In this document: in pieces, positions 18,738 through 28,222 of the stretch
Layout: each line of letters begins with the position of its first letter
Position numbering within the stretch: the first letter of the stretch is position 1
IMG/VR virus record: IMGVR_UViG_3300009184_000033
Location: 68,045 to 132,044 of that record
Length of the DNA: 64,000 bases
Reading direction: 5' to 3' (one strand)
From: a virus
Notes under the pieces: model-generated
The model's input: only the letters and a program-made list of their open reading frames with translations
What the model was told of the DNA's origin: nothing
Database searches by the model: none
Translations under genes and position numbers: made by a program

Positions 18738-18768
18738 AAAAACTGAAATGGCCCGCCGAAGCGGGCCA
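18738..18768 (-). terminator. Intrinsic terminator after prkA
   Basis: Minus strand tggcccgc-ttcg-gcgggcca-tttcagttttt (cUUCGg loop). Confidence 0.85.
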
Positions 18769-18783
18769 GTCCAGGGCTAAATA

Positions 18784-20730
18784 TCAGCTATCGCGCCACA
18801 GGTTGTTGCTGGCAAAGGTAAGGACCTCTTCCGCAGACTCCGGGGTGTATCCGTACTCGTCAACCATCGTGGTGATCATGTTGGAGTACTTCTTCTGCTG
18901 CTCGTCGTCCCTGGTCTTCGACTTGGTAACGATGCGCGCCATGTCCTTGACGGAGGCGATTAGGTAGCCCTCGATAGCCTCCTTGAGCGGCTCATAGGAG
19001 GTGTAGCTCACCTTCTCGTTGCGACGCATCTTGGCAAACATATAGGCGGTGACGTCTGACCTGAACCCGTCTCGAGAGGAAGCCACAATGCCGATCTGCT
19101 CCTCGATTGCTCGCATGAACTTCTCGTCAGGCTCACGCTCCTCTCTTGTGACTCGATCCTTGATCTTCTGGCGAGTGGTGTGGGCCTCGGCATTGTCAAG
19201 GTAGTTGTCAAACAGGGACTGTGCTTGCTCCTCGTAGGCCGTCACAAACGCCTTTGCGATCTCGGTCTCGAGGATCTTCAGGTACTCCTCGCGGACGACC
19301 TTCTGGATGAGCTCAAGGCACCGGGTGCGGAACTCTTCGTCGATTACCTGCTCCTGCACCTGCTTGGTGACTGCGGACATCACCGAGATGGGCGTGATGA
19401 AGCTCTTTTCGGAATCAGAGAGCGCGTTGTCAATTGCCTTCATGATGAATCGGGTCGAGATGCCATTCATACCCTCATCACGGGACTCCTCACGGAGGTC
19501 CTTGATGTCGATCTTCTTGACCCTGCCCTTCTCGATCACTTCCTCACCGTTGTAGATCTTCATCTTTGTCATGATGTCGCACTTCTGGGTCGGCTTCAGG
19601 CGGCTCATCACGGAGAACATCGAAGCGACCTTGATCGTGTGAGGGGCAATGTGCGCCTTGAAGTCAGACTTCTTGAGGATCTTCTCGTAGATCTTCATCT
19701 CCTGCGCCAGCTCGAGGACATAGGGGACGTTGATCTTGACGATTCGGTCGAGGATCGCCTCGTTGGTGTGCTGCGCGCGGAACCGGTTCCACTCGGCCTC
19801 GTTACAGTGCGCAAGGATCACACCATCGAAGTAGATCATGTCGTGCTTGCCAGGGGACGGGACTCGCTTCTCCTGGGTGGCAGTGATGATAGTGTGGAGG
19901 AACTCGATCTCGTTCTTGAAGACTTCGACAAGCTCCACGATGCCACGGTTTCCGACGTTGAACGCGCCGTTCAGGGACAGGATGCGGGGATCGTCCTCAG
20001 AGAACTTGTCAAGCTTTGAGATGTCCTCAGAGCCGATAAGGACCGATACGTCCTGCGAGTTTGCATCCATGGGCGGGACCACTGCAACACCACGACGAGC
20101 GCGCTGTGAGAACGTAGACTGTACGACCTGGAACTTCTCGTACTCGCCCTTGTACTTCTCGAGGAGGACGTGGCGGGCAACGGGACTGAGGTCACCCTCG
20201 ATCTTCACGCCAAGCAGCTCTTCGAACTCTGGACGAAGGGAGCGGGGGATGAGCTGGAGAGGCTCTCCGCGCTGGGGGTCGTCCTTGAGGTGGTAGAACG
20301 GCTCAGCGTGCTCCACCGCCTTCTTTATGTGTTCTGCAAGGGCAGACTTGCCGGAACCGACAGGACCCATGAGGAGCAGGACCTGGCGGCTCTCCTCACC
20401 CTTGAGGGATGCGGACTTCAGGAAGCGCATGATCTTTGCAATGACTCGCTCATGACCAAAGAACTCGTCCTTGAAGTACTCGTAAAGCTTCAGGTTGTCA
20501 CCGTCAAAGACCTTACGCTTGCGCGGGTCCTCATCCGGTATGATAGAGACTCCGAAACCCTCGATGGTATCGTTGAGTCGCTTGTGGGCGTGCTTCACAA
20601 CGCCCGGGTTATCACGGACCAGGTCGAGGTACTCAAGAAAGTTACCCTCGAACTTGGTGTCCGACTTGTTGTCCCTCTGGCTCTTGATGAGGTCGAGAAA
20701 CTTGTTCTTGCTCTTATCCGACATTGACAC
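18784..20730 (-). CDS. prkA: PrkA/YeaG family AAA+ ATPase / Ser kinase
   Basis: EFFGHE, LLMGPVGSGKS (Walker A), NRGIVELVEVFK, ILAHCNEAEW, GMNGISTRF. Confidence 0.93.
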   Translation of the reverse strand: MSMSDKSKNKFLDLIKSQRDNKSDTKFEGNFLEYLDLVRDNPGVVKHAHKRLNDTIEGFGVSIIPDEDPRKRKVFDGDNLKLYEYFKDEFFGHERVIAKIMRFLKSASLKGEESRQVLLLMGPVGSGKSALAEHIKKAVEHAEPFYHLKDDPQRGEPLQLIPRSLRPEFEELLGVKIEGDLSPVARHVLLEKYKGEYEKFQVVQSTFSQRARRGVAVVPPMDANSQDVSVLIGSEDISKLDKFSEDDPRILSLNGAFNVGNRGIVELVEVFKNEIEFLHTIITATQEKRVPSPGKHDMIYFDGVILAHCNEAEWNRFRAQHTNEAILDRIVKINVPYVLELAQEMKIYEKILKKSDFKAHIAPHTIKVASMFSVMSRLKPTQKCDIMTKMKIYNGEEVIEKGRVKKIDIKDLREESRDEGMNGISTRFIMKAIDNALSDSEKSFITPISVMSAVTKQVQEQVIDEEFRTRCLELIQKVVREEYLKILETEIAKAFVTAYEEQAQSLFDNYLDNAEAHTTRQKIKDRVTREEREPDEKFMRAIEEQIGIVASSRDGFRSDVTAYMFAKMRRNEKVSYTSYEPLKEAIEGYLIASVKDMARIVTKSKTRDDEQQKKYSNMITTMVDEYGYTPESAEEVLTFASNNLWRDS

Positions 20731-20733
20731 CTC

Positions 20734-22044
20734 TCAGATTTCGAAGGGTTCGCCTTCCAAAGTTGTTAGGAGCTTGACTTCGCTCTTCCAGATTTTTGAT
20801 ACGTGGCCTATGACTTTTTCTGCGTAATTGATCTCTAGATCTCTGCCATCGTGCTCGTGGTGAAGCACAAGAACGTTTCCCTTGTCGATCGATTCAACAT
20901 AGATCGTTGGTATCGTATTTGCGCCAACTTGCCTGATTAGGTTATGCTTCACCTCTTTCCAGCCCATCTCATCAGAGACATCCTCGACAACGTAGTTCTC
21001 CTTCTTCCTGCCGTAGGAGAAAAGGTTCAGCTCCTCGCACATCTCTTGGGTGAGGTAGTTTCTGATGAAGGACTCATCGTTGCACGCCTCTCTTGCGATG
21101 AAGCATTCCTCTAGTCCCATACGCTTCTCTATATCGTGAAACATGTGGAAGCCGAGGTGGTAAGGATTGATTGATCCGATCGCGGGTCTGATGACCTGGT
21201 TGTGCGACTTGATGAATGGAAGGTGAAGTTCAGGCGGGAGATTGAGCTCGTGGAGGATCCGGTAGTGCCAGTAGCTGGCCCAGCCCTCGTTCATAATCTT
21301 GGTGCGGATCTGCGGCATGAAGTACTGTGACTCAGTCCTCACAATGTCGAGAACGTCCCTCTCCCAGTCTTCCATGTTTGCGTGCTCGCCCAGGAATCCC
21401 AGAACATCGTACTCCTTCTCCAGAGGAACCTTCTCGAGGCTGTCCATTGAGACCTTGAGTCCGCGTTCCTTCTGCTCCTTGAAGCGTAGTATCATCTCCT
21501 TCTTCTTCACAGAGTGAGGAATGTACTCCTTCGGGAAGCGGTAGGTCTGGAACTGGATTGCGTGCGCAGAATCCAGTAGCTCCTCCACCTTGATGATTCC
21601 AATGCTTGGGTCCTCGATGTAGCCCTGGATGCGCTTTCTGGCATTCCTAAAGCGGTGCACAATGATGTCCGGCTGGGTGCTGGAGAACATCCTGTTGTTC
21701 TTGAAGAAGTCACTGTGGCCAACACAGTGCGCCATGATGAGCACCTGCAGGTACAGAGGATTCTCCCGCATCAGGTAAGCAATGCTGGGATTCGAGTTGA
21801 TGATGAGCTCGTATGGAAGACCCTCAGCACCAATGTTATACATCTGCTGAGTGCGCTCGAAAGACTTTCCGAAAGACCAGTGCGGGTAGTGGCTCGGCAT
21901 GCCGTGGTATGACATGTGGCCCATCATCTCGTAGTAGTCGCAGGTCTCGTACACAATTGGAAACCAGTCGAGATTGTGGCTCTCTGCGATCTCAATGATC
22001 CTCTTATCGTATTCTTCCAGTTCCTTGAAGGTCCAATCTGACAT
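20734..22044 (-). CDS. spoVR: SpoVR/YcgB family protein
   Basis: YPHWSFGK, LPYELIINSNPSIAYLM, AHCVGHSDFFKNN, TKIMNEGWASYWH, NPYHLG. Confidence 0.93.
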   Translation of the reverse strand: MSDWTFKELEEYDKRIIEIAESHNLDWFPIVYETCDYYEMMGHMSYHGMPSHYPHWSFGKSFERTQQMYNIGAEGLPYELIINSNPSIAYLMRENPLYLQVLIMAHCVGHSDFFKNNRMFSSTQPDIIVHRFRNARKRIQGYIEDPSIGIIKVEELLDSAHAIQFQTYRFPKEYIPHSVKKKEMILRFKEQKERGLKVSMDSLEKVPLEKEYDVLGFLGEHANMEDWERDVLDIVRTESQYFMPQIRTKIMNEGWASYWHYRILHELNLPPELHLPFIKSHNQVIRPAIGSINPYHLGFHMFHDIEKRMGLEECFIAREACNDESFIRNYLTQEMCEELNLFSYGRKKENYVVEDVSDEMGWKEVKHNLIRQVGANTIPTIYVESIDKGNVLVLHHEHDGRDLEINYAEKVIGHVSKIWKSEVKLLTTLEGEPFEI

Positions 22045-23213
22045 TAAAGCTTCCCTCCAAAGAATGACTTGAATGCTGGCCAGATGTCTTTCGGCGTGTT
22101 GATGTTGGCGATCTTGAAGTTGCTGTCCTTGAGCGGCTGGAGCAAGTTTCCGAGCATCGAGTCGTTGTGAGCCCAGCGCATCTTGTCCTTCTCAGGCTCA
22201 ATCTCACAGTAGCCGTACAGCTGGCACAGTGGCTTTAGCACTCTGAGTCGCTCAAGGAGCTTTGGATTGTCGTTGGAGAAGTTGTCACCGTCGCTACACT
22301 GGAACGCATAGATGTTCCAGGCGGACTGGTGGTACCGCTTCTCAATGATCTGGCTCACCATCTCGATTGCCGGCGAGACCGTGGTGCCGCCAGAGGATCC
22401 GCGCTTGAAGAACTGGTCTTCCGTGACCTCGTAGGCGGCGGTATCATGGGCAATGAATACGATCTCGGTGTTCTCATACCGTGAGCGTACAAAGTGGTAT
22501 AGCAGGAAGAAGAAGCTCCGTGCGAGATACTTCTTCTCATCGGTCATCGAGCCTGACACGTCCATGATGAAGAAGATCACGGCGTTCGAAGAGGGCTGTG
22601 AGACCTGCTTGATGTGCTTGTAGCGCAGGTCGTCATCATTGAACGAGAAGCTCTCCTGCTCCTCTGGATCATAAGAGCCGCTCGACTTTGCCACGTTTCG
22701 CCGGCGGAGCATGCGCTTCACCGTCTCCTTCTTATCAAGCCTGGGCCTGATTCCCTCGTTCCTGTAGCCGTGGCGCTTTGGCTTCTCGGTGATGATCTGC
22801 TTTAGGGACTTCTTCTCCAGCTCGGGAAGCTCTAGGCTATCGAAAAGGTAGTGTGCGAGCTCTTCGAGCGTGATCTCGACCTCGTACACTTCCTCACCAG
22901 CATCCTCGCCGGCCTTTCCTGGCTTTCCCTTCTGGGGCTTTCCGGCACTGCCGACCGTCTGTCCCCTGGATACGTCCTTTCCTGGAGCAGAACCGACCTG
23001 GCGATTTCCATTATCGCCATAGACGAATCGATACTCCTTGATGCCCTTCACGGGAATCTTGATCTTCTTCTTACCGTCCTGACCTATGATCGACTCATCC
23101 GCGACTATGTCGTGGATTCCGTCCTTGATTGCCCTATCGATCTTCTCTTTGTGACGTCGGCGGTCAGAAGCCGACCTGTCAGCGGAGGTCTTGTGCTCTT
23201 TGAAAACGGACAT
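22044..23213 (-). CDS. yeaH: YeaH/YhbH (DUF444) VWA-like protein
   Basis: VIFFIMDVSGSM (MIDAS), FFLLYHF..Y, SSGGTTVS, WNIYAFQCSDGDN. Confidence 0.92.
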   Translation of the reverse strand: MSVFKEHKTSADRSASDRRRHKEKIDRAIKDGIHDIVADESIIGQDGKKKIKIPVKGIKEYRFVYGDNGNRQVGSAPGKDVSRGQTVGSAGKPQKGKPGKAGEDAGEEVYEVEITLEELAHYLFDSLELPELEKKSLKQIITEKPKRHGYRNEGIRPRLDKKETVKRMLRRRNVAKSSGSYDPEEQESFSFNDDDLRYKHIKQVSQPSSNAVIFFIMDVSGSMTDEKKYLARSFFFLLYHFVRSRYENTEIVFIAHDTAAYEVTEDQFFKRGSSGGTTVSPAIEMVSQIIEKRYHQSAWNIYAFQCSDGDNFSNDNPKLLERLRVLKPLCQLYGYCEIEPEKDKMRWAHNDSMLGNLLQPLKDSNFKIANINTPKDIWPAFKSFFGGKL

Positions 23214-23218
23214 ACCAA

Positions 23219-23225
23219 TAAGTAT
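23219..23225 (-). promoter_or_regulatory. ATANTTA motif, 5 nt before yeaH ATG
   Basis: ATACTTA-ttggt-ATG, no Shine-Dalgarno. Confidence 0.45.
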
Positions 23226-23677
23226 CAGGTTCTGAGCGAGTATAAACTCTCGTTGCTCTTCAGTATGTCACGGGCCCAAACAACTGCTGGCTGAAGGTAG
23301 GGGTGAAACTTATCGTGGTCGGCCTCAAGATCAAGCCACTTGAGTCCGTGATGCTCGAGGATTCCGGTCTTCTCGTTCTTCTTGATCTTTGCGTCCTTGC
23401 TGGTCACCGCAATATAGAGAGTCAGGTGCTTGACTTTGAGGCTGAGATCTCCGAATGGCATCTCGCCGTCTTCGATTAGGATGTCAGCCTCCTCAAAGCA
23501 CTCTCTCTTTGCCGTGCTAAGAAGCGGCTCGCTGTTGGAGTCCACGCCACCCTTGGGTAGATCATAAGTGCTGTAGAACCTGAGCCCCAGCACTTTCCAG
23601 CCGTCATCAAACTTTCGCAGGACTACAAATCCTGCTCCAGGACGCCGCTCCCTCTTATTGCTCCCGCGAGTAGTCAT
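23225..23677 (-). CDS. NUDIX hydrolase
   Basis: LPKGGVDSNSEPLLSTAKRECFEEADI Nudix box. Confidence 0.88.
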   Translation of the reverse strand: MTTRGSNKRERRPGAGFVVLRKFDDGWKVLGLRFYSTYDLPKGGVDSNSEPLLSTAKRECFEEADILIEDGEMPFGDLSLKVKHLTLYIAVTSKDAKIKKNEKTGILEHHGLKWLDLEADHDKFHPYLQPAVVWARDILKSNESLYSLRT

Positions 23678-23996
23678 CTTCAAGCCTCACTACATCGTTG
23701 ATTTCAGGGGTCGAGACTTCAATCAGCTGGACATCACCATCGTAAGCACAGAACCTGTGGACCGTCTTTGGAGTCACGTGAAACGTGCTTCCCTCAGTGT
23801 ATTTCCACTTGTTCTCGCCCTTGGCTCCGACTTCGATTGTGAGAGTTCCACTGAGAACCCTGATTGTCTCGTCCTTGATATTGTGGTACTGACGGCTCAG
23901 ACGGTGGCCATTCTTGATCACCAGAATCTTTCCAAGGTACTTGGGGTTCTCAGCCCAAATCTCTTCGTGTCCCCATGGCTTATTTACGATTCTCAT
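23655..23996 (-). CDS. Cupin (mannose-6-phosphate isomerase type II-like)
   Basis: KPWGHE, LSRQYHNIKDET, TVHRF, IEVSTPEINDVVRLED; start reassigned to ATGA overlap. Confidence 0.85.
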   Translation of the reverse strand: MRIVNKPWGHEEIWAENPKYLGKILVIKNGHRLSRQYHNIKDETIRVLSGTLTIEVGAKGENKWKYTEGSTFHVTPKTVHRFCAYDGDVQLIEVSTPEINDVVRLEDDYSREQ

Positions 23997-24472
23997 TTCT
24001 TCACCTTTGAGACTAGATCTGATGACGACTGGATCTTGCCGCCGCCAATTCCAAATACCACATCGCACCCAATCTTTGAGCACAGCTCAAACTCTGGAAC
24101 GTTCTGCGCCGTGTCTCGGTCTCCACCCTTTGTGAAATAGTTCGGCTTTAGAGCATCAATTGCGCCAACCACGGTCTGTGATCCATCATCCCACGGTACA
24201 ACATAGTCGACTCCTCGGACACCGTCGATTATCTCCATGCGCTCTTCATCGGGCATGAAGGCATAACCCTTCTTCCTGAGGAGAAATCCGTCTCCGTTCA
24301 CAATCACGACCGTTACGCCGCCCTCTTTGCTTGCCAGCCTGGCAGTGTCAAGAAGGCAACGAAGGTGTCCGACGTGCATGGGATCAAATCCGCCGCTCGT
24401 AGCCCAGACCTTCTGGTTTGGGTGGAATTCGCTGAGCACATCTCGCAGGTGCTCGACATTCTTGCAGATCAT
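23993..24472 (-). CDS. Cytidylyltransferase-like nucleotidyltransferase (RfaE-II/TagD family)
   Basis: TSGGFDPMHVGH (HxGH), VIVNGD, ERMEII, KGGDR, QSSS. Confidence 0.88.
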   Translation of the reverse strand: MICKNVEHLRDVLSEFHPNQKVWATSGGFDPMHVGHLRCLLDTARLASKEGGVTVVIVNGDGFLLRKKGYAFMPDEERMEIIDGVRGVDYVVPWDDGSQTVVGAIDALKPNYFTKGGDRDTAQNVPEFELCSKIGCDVVFGIGGGKIQSSSDLVSKVKK

Positions 24473-26100
24473 TTTACGATAGACTCCCTGAAATCTTCTG
24501 GAAAGAACTTGGAGTTCTTCGAGTAAAATCTATCCCAGTCGCCATCGAGAATATAGGTCACTGCGTGGTCAGTCTCACTTCGGACAGATCGGCCCACAGA
24601 CTGGACGATGGTCTTTGCGGTCTGGAGCGGGTACCACCAGGGCCAGCGGTGCATGCGCTTCTTCACGATCTTGTCACCGAGGTAGGGGTATGGGACCTTG
24701 CAGAGGATCTGGAAGCGGCTGGAATCGTCCTTGAGGTCCACACCTTCCGTCATCGAGGGTGACAGCAGAACCGTTGGCTGGGTCCCCGTGATGTGCTTGG
24801 ACAGCGTCTCATCCCGGTCTGCGCTGCCATGGGTAAGGAGCCGGTTGGACTTCACGTTCTTCATGAGATAGTTCGCGATCTTGTAGGAGTGGCAGTGGAT
24901 GATGCCCTTCTCATTCGGGTGATTGCGCAGAATCTCGGTAACGGCGGTGGCCAAACGAGGCAGGGTCTGCTCGATCTTGTCCGCTGACATGCTGCCGACG
25001 GGGCTCACCAGGATCGGCTTGTTCTCGACCGGGAACGGTGACGGGATAGAGATGAAGGCGCAGTCCTCGGACTTGATTCCCAGGAGACCGCAGAAGCCCT
25101 CCTTGTCGAGAATCGTCGCCGACATCAGCAGGACCTTGTGACCGTGACGGAACAGGAACTCGTCCGCATAGTGGGAGACATCAACCGGCTTGAACTCGAG
25201 CTTGCGACCGGACTGCCCCTCGGCAGGAATCAGGTTGAAGATCCAGTTCTCGTCGTCGTAGATCTTCAGGAATCGGTGGACCTTGCAGATGTGCTTGTCG
25301 AGGAGCTCATACCGCTTTGCGATTGTAGTGAACTCCTTGAGTTTGTCCTTGAAGCCGACGTACTTCTCCATCATCTTTTCCATGTGCTTCACATGGGTAT
25401 CAAGCTTGGGCTCGTACTCCTCGCGCAGCCACTTGATCGCCTGGAGCTGGGTCTTGATCTCGGGCATCTCAAGCTTGAGGGCAGTGGATGCAAACCGCTC
25501 GCTGATGTCGATCTCGATGAACTTGCTGAGCTCCATGTCAGCATTGTGCGCCTCGTCGACCACCAGGAGCCGCCGGGGCTGGAGGCGGCCAGCGTACACC
25601 GTCTCAGCCAGGAAGTAGCTGAAGTTCGTCACGCTCTCCTCGCCATTGATGAACGCGTTCTTGGCCTGCCGGTAGACACAGTGGTGGGCACAGTTCTTGA
25701 AGAACGCAGAGGACTTGTCTGCGACCTTGAGTGCCCTGAGGCTGTCCGCGCAGGTGTTCGCCTTGTGGTAAGTGCACTGGAAGTTTGCTGAAGACTTCAG
25801 CGAGAGCATCGTGCCTTTCGGTGCCCCAAAGTCGCGCAGGTACTGGTCCTGCAGGATCTTCTGGGTCGTGATGAAGTAGCCGCCCGGCTTGAAGTCTGCC
25901 GGGGCACTGTGACCGGACACGGTCCGGGAAAGCGCGAGACCGATCGCCGACTTGCCGACGCCGGTACCCGCCTCGATCACCACGAACTTCTTGTCTTCCT
26001 CGAAGAATGCCTTGAGCGCGAACTCGATTGCATCCTTCTGGGCGTCACGGATCTGAGAGAATGGGAAGTTGATCTCGTACTCGGGAATCACAGTTTGCAC
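24469..26100 (-). CDS. DinG/Rad3-like SF2 helicase
   Basis: EAGTGVGKS, VVDEAHN, MSAT, EGVD, KVPYP, QSVGRSVR..D. Confidence 0.9.
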   Translation of the reverse strand: MQTVIPEYEINFPFSQIRDAQKDAIEFALKAFFEEDKKFVVIEAGTGVGKSAIGLALSRTVSGHSAPADFKPGGYFITTQKILQDQYLRDFGAPKGTMLSLKSSANFQCTYHKANTCADSLRALKVADKSSAFFKNCAHHCVYRQAKNAFINGEESVTNFSYFLAETVYAGRLQPRRLLVVDEAHNADMELSKFIEIDISERFASTALKLEMPEIKTQLQAIKWLREEYEPKLDTHVKHMEKMMEKYVGFKDKLKEFTTIAKRYELLDKHICKVHRFLKIYDDENWIFNLIPAEGQSGRKLEFKPVDVSHYADEFLFRHGHKVLLMSATILDKEGFCGLLGIKSEDCAFISIPSPFPVENKPILVSPVGSMSADKIEQTLPRLATAVTEILRNHPNEKGIIHCHSYKIANYLMKNVKSNRLLTHGSADRDETLSKHITGTQPTVLLSPSMTEGVDLKDDSSRFQILCKVPYPYLGDKIVKKRMHRWPWWYPLQTAKTIVQSVGRSVRSETDHAVTYILDGDWDRFYSKNSKFFPEDFRESIVK

Positions 26101-26111
26101 TCCAATACCCG

Positions 26112-26139
26112 ATTATACCACGCGTAAATCGCTTTTCAA
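26112..26139 (-). promoter_or_regulatory. Sigma70-type promoter for the DinG operon
   Basis: TTGAAA-N16-TATAAT with extended -10 TG. Confidence 0.7.
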
Positions 26140-26447
26140 CGCTCTTTTGCCATCTTATCCCGTTTCATCTTCTCGAACTCGGTCCGGATCCACATCTTCG
26201 CTTGCTCTTCATCAGCAAACGTGCGGGTGTAGCTCTGCTTTCTGCCCTTGGTGGTGTCGGTGATGCTGGCAAACGTCTTGCCCTTCTCATCTGTGGAGAT
26301 CTCGTACTCCATGTCTTCGTAGTCTTCCCAGGTGTACGGGTCAGTGTGGACGCTGTGGGCATTTCTACCGACACCGGGAGGGACCTGGGTCATCGAAGTT
26401 CCGAATCCAGTCTCAAAAAGCAGATCGACTAATTTCATTCTGTGCAT
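26136..26447 (-). CDS. Hypothetical with MKLVDLLFE leader
   Basis: Same N-terminus (xRMKLVDLLFE) as 50002..51930. Confidence 0.7.
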   Translation of the reverse strand: MHRMKLVDLLFETGFGTSMTQVPPGVGRNAHSVHTDPYTWEDYEDMEYEISTDEKGKTFASITDTTKGRKQSYTRTFADEEQAKMWIRTEFEKMKRDKMAKER

Positions 26448-26462
26448 GCTATAACTGTACGT

Positions 26463-26804
26463 CTAGTACACATCGTATTCCGTTAGCTTGTCAGCCACTT
26501 CCTCGAGGAAACTTTCAGGGATCCCAACGTAACCGATGTCCTTCGCGGCTCTCTTCAGCTTGCGAACGTTGGTCTCTGCCTTCCTGGAGGGGCGCATCTC
26601 AAGGTCCATCATGGCATCAATAAGCTCCTGCTCCAGGTCCGCCCAGTCAATCTCTTCACCCTGGGGTGTGACGTAGTACTCGGGAGGAGACATAGGAGGG
26701 GGTGCGAGCGTTGACATCTCTGAGATACGACGTGAACGTGTGAGCTTGGAAGCTTCCTCGCGGATGATCTGACGAAGTCTCGTCTCTGTGAGTCTGATTG
26801 CCAT
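26463..26804 (-). CDS. Leader-family protein (MAIRLTETRLRQIIREE)
   Basis: Start reassigned to 26804, AGGAG RBS, ATAGTTA upstream. Confidence 0.75.
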   Translation of the reverse strand: MAIRLTETRLRQIIREEASKLTRSRRISEMSTLAPPPMSPPEYYVTPQGEEIDWADLEQELIDAMMDLEMRPSRKAETNVRKLKRAAKDIGYVGIPESFLEEVADKLTEYDVY

Positions 26805-26832
26805 TTGATGATTCTCCTGTGAGCTGTAACGA

Positions 26833-26839
26833 TAACTAT
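26833..26839 (-). promoter_or_regulatory. ATANTTA motif
   Basis: 28 nt upstream of 26804, just downstream of a terminator. Confidence 0.55.
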
Positions 26840-26867
26840 CCTCTTTCGGGCATGTTTTCAATCTGAC

Positions 26868-26902
26868 AAAAAAAAAGCCGTCGAACCCAAGAGAACGACG
26901 GC
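26868..26902 (-). terminator. Intrinsic terminator after Hsp20
   Basis: gccgtcg stem followed by 9 T on minus strand. Confidence 0.85.
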
Positions 26903-26925
26903 ATCACAGAGCGGGTGATTGCTGA

Positions 26926-27309
26926 CTACTCGACGGAGATGATCCGCTTCACGCTCTTCTGGACGGGGACCTCGACATAGAGGATGCCGGCGTCATACCG
27001 CGCCGAGATTCCATCCTGCGCGACGTTCTCACCGAGAGTCCAGGACCGGGAGTATGTGGACTTGGTGCCGTTCACCTCACGGTTACCGGTGACGGTGAGG
27101 CTGTCGTGCTCGGTGGAGATCTCAATGTCGGAGCGGCTGAGGCCCGGCATCTCCACGGCGATGGAGTAGCCCTTGTCGGTCTCATTGATCTGAGCACGCG
27201 GCATCAGGGCAGTCGTCTTACGAGCGTACCGGTCACTGCGCTCATCGAGGAACGAGTCGAGGAAGGTGTCGAAGCTGGCATAGGGGCTGCGATTCACGAT
27301 GCTGAACAT
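26926..27309 (-). CDS. Small heat-shock protein Hsp20
   Basis: EMPGLSRSDIEIS..LTVTG..YSRSWTL..ISARYDAGILYVEVP alpha-crystallin motifs. Confidence 0.92.
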   Translation of the reverse strand: MFSIVNRSPYASFDTFLDSFLDERSDRYARKTTALMPRAQINETDKGYSIAVEMPGLSRSDIEISTEHDSLTVTGNREVNGTKSTYSRSWTLGENVAQDGISARYDAGILYVEVPVQKSVKRIISVE

Positions 27310-27392
27310 GTTTTCTCTCCTTTTGATCTACGGCGTCGTTGCCGTGTGAAGAAGATAAGCACCAATGCTCATAAGAAAACGGCCTGAGAGAA

Positions 27393-27539
27393 CTATTTTT
27401 TCGCCTCGACGATGAGGTACTTCATGAGCTTCTCTATCTGGATTATCGCGCTGACTGACTGAGGGTCAGTGAACATGAACTTGCACTGGGATAGCAGGAG
27501 GGTGATCTTCTTGATCAGGTAGGCTTTCTGTTGGTCCAT
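27393..27539 (-). CDS. Small hypothetical (48 aa, MDQQKAYLIKK..)
   Basis: Hand-translated; GAGGA RBS; below ORF-track length cutoff. Confidence 0.5.
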   Translation of the reverse strand: MDQQKAYLIKKITLLLSQCKFMFTDPQSVSAIIQIEKLMKYLIVEAKK

Positions 27540-27556
27540 CGAGTCCTCGATACTAA

Positions 27557-28006
27557 CTAGACGTCGCTGAGCTTTCTCGCAACAAATCCGTCATCAAACC
27601 ACAGCATTCCAGAGTCGGGAGAGTACTTGATGAGCACCTCTTCACCTGCCGCAATTGGCTTTCTGGTCCAGATCTGGATGGAGTAGGTGTCCTCACCTGT
27701 GCTCTCGTACTTCCAGAATGCATTTGGCTCGTGGTTGTGGTTGTAGATGCTCGCCCAGCCCAGCGCCACCAGCGCAATCCCATCCTTGTGCATGAAGACG
27801 TAGTCGTGGAGTATGTGCCGAGACTCATGCTCAACCATGTACTCCTTGAGGATCGAGCGACCGAACGCGATCGTTGGCGAGACCTCGACGCAGTAGTGCT
27901 CAGGAAGGTCTTTGGTCGCAAAAACTCCGAGACCGTGGATTGTTGACCTACGGATCTCGACGTCGCGTATGAAGTACGATCCTGGCTTCTGTTTTTCCTT
28001 GAACAT
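27557..28006 (-). CDS. SET-domain lysine methyltransferase
   Basis: STIHGLGVFATKDL, SIYNHNHEPNA, KPIAAGEEVLIKY. Confidence 0.88.
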   Translation of the reverse strand: MFKEKQKPGSYFIRDVEIRRSTIHGLGVFATKDLPEHYCVEVSPTIAFGRSILKEYMVEHESRHILHDYVFMHKDGIALVALGWASIYNHNHEPNAFWKYESTGEDTYSIQIWTRKPIAAGEEVLIKYSPDSGMLWFDDGFVARKLSDV

Positions 28007-28024
28007 CAGTCAAGTTTAAAAACC

Positions 28025-28222
28025 TCAGCGCTGGCGTAAACGCCTGATGCCTTCCTTAATCCTCTTGATCGGCATGGCAAGGTTGTCTCCGCCTGCCCAC
28101 AAATCTTCCTCTGCTTCGACATCGGAGGGGTGGTCGACCTCGATTGGTGTCGCCTCGCCAGAGTGCTCCTGGCTGAGAGCTTCGCGGATGATCTTACGGA
28201 GCTGACGTACGGTGACCCTCAT
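28025..28222 (-). CDS. Leader-family protein (MRVTVRQLRKIIREA)
   Basis: Coupled to upstream gene, leader motif. Confidence 0.65.
   Translation of the reverse strand: MRVTVRQLRKIIREALSQEHSGEATPIEVDHPSDVEAEEDLWAGGDNLAMPIKRIKEGIRRLRQR

Noticed and set aside
18778-18784. ATATTTA motif at the prkA stop codon
   Set aside because: Lies immediately upstream of a strong terminator, so it is probably a chance match.
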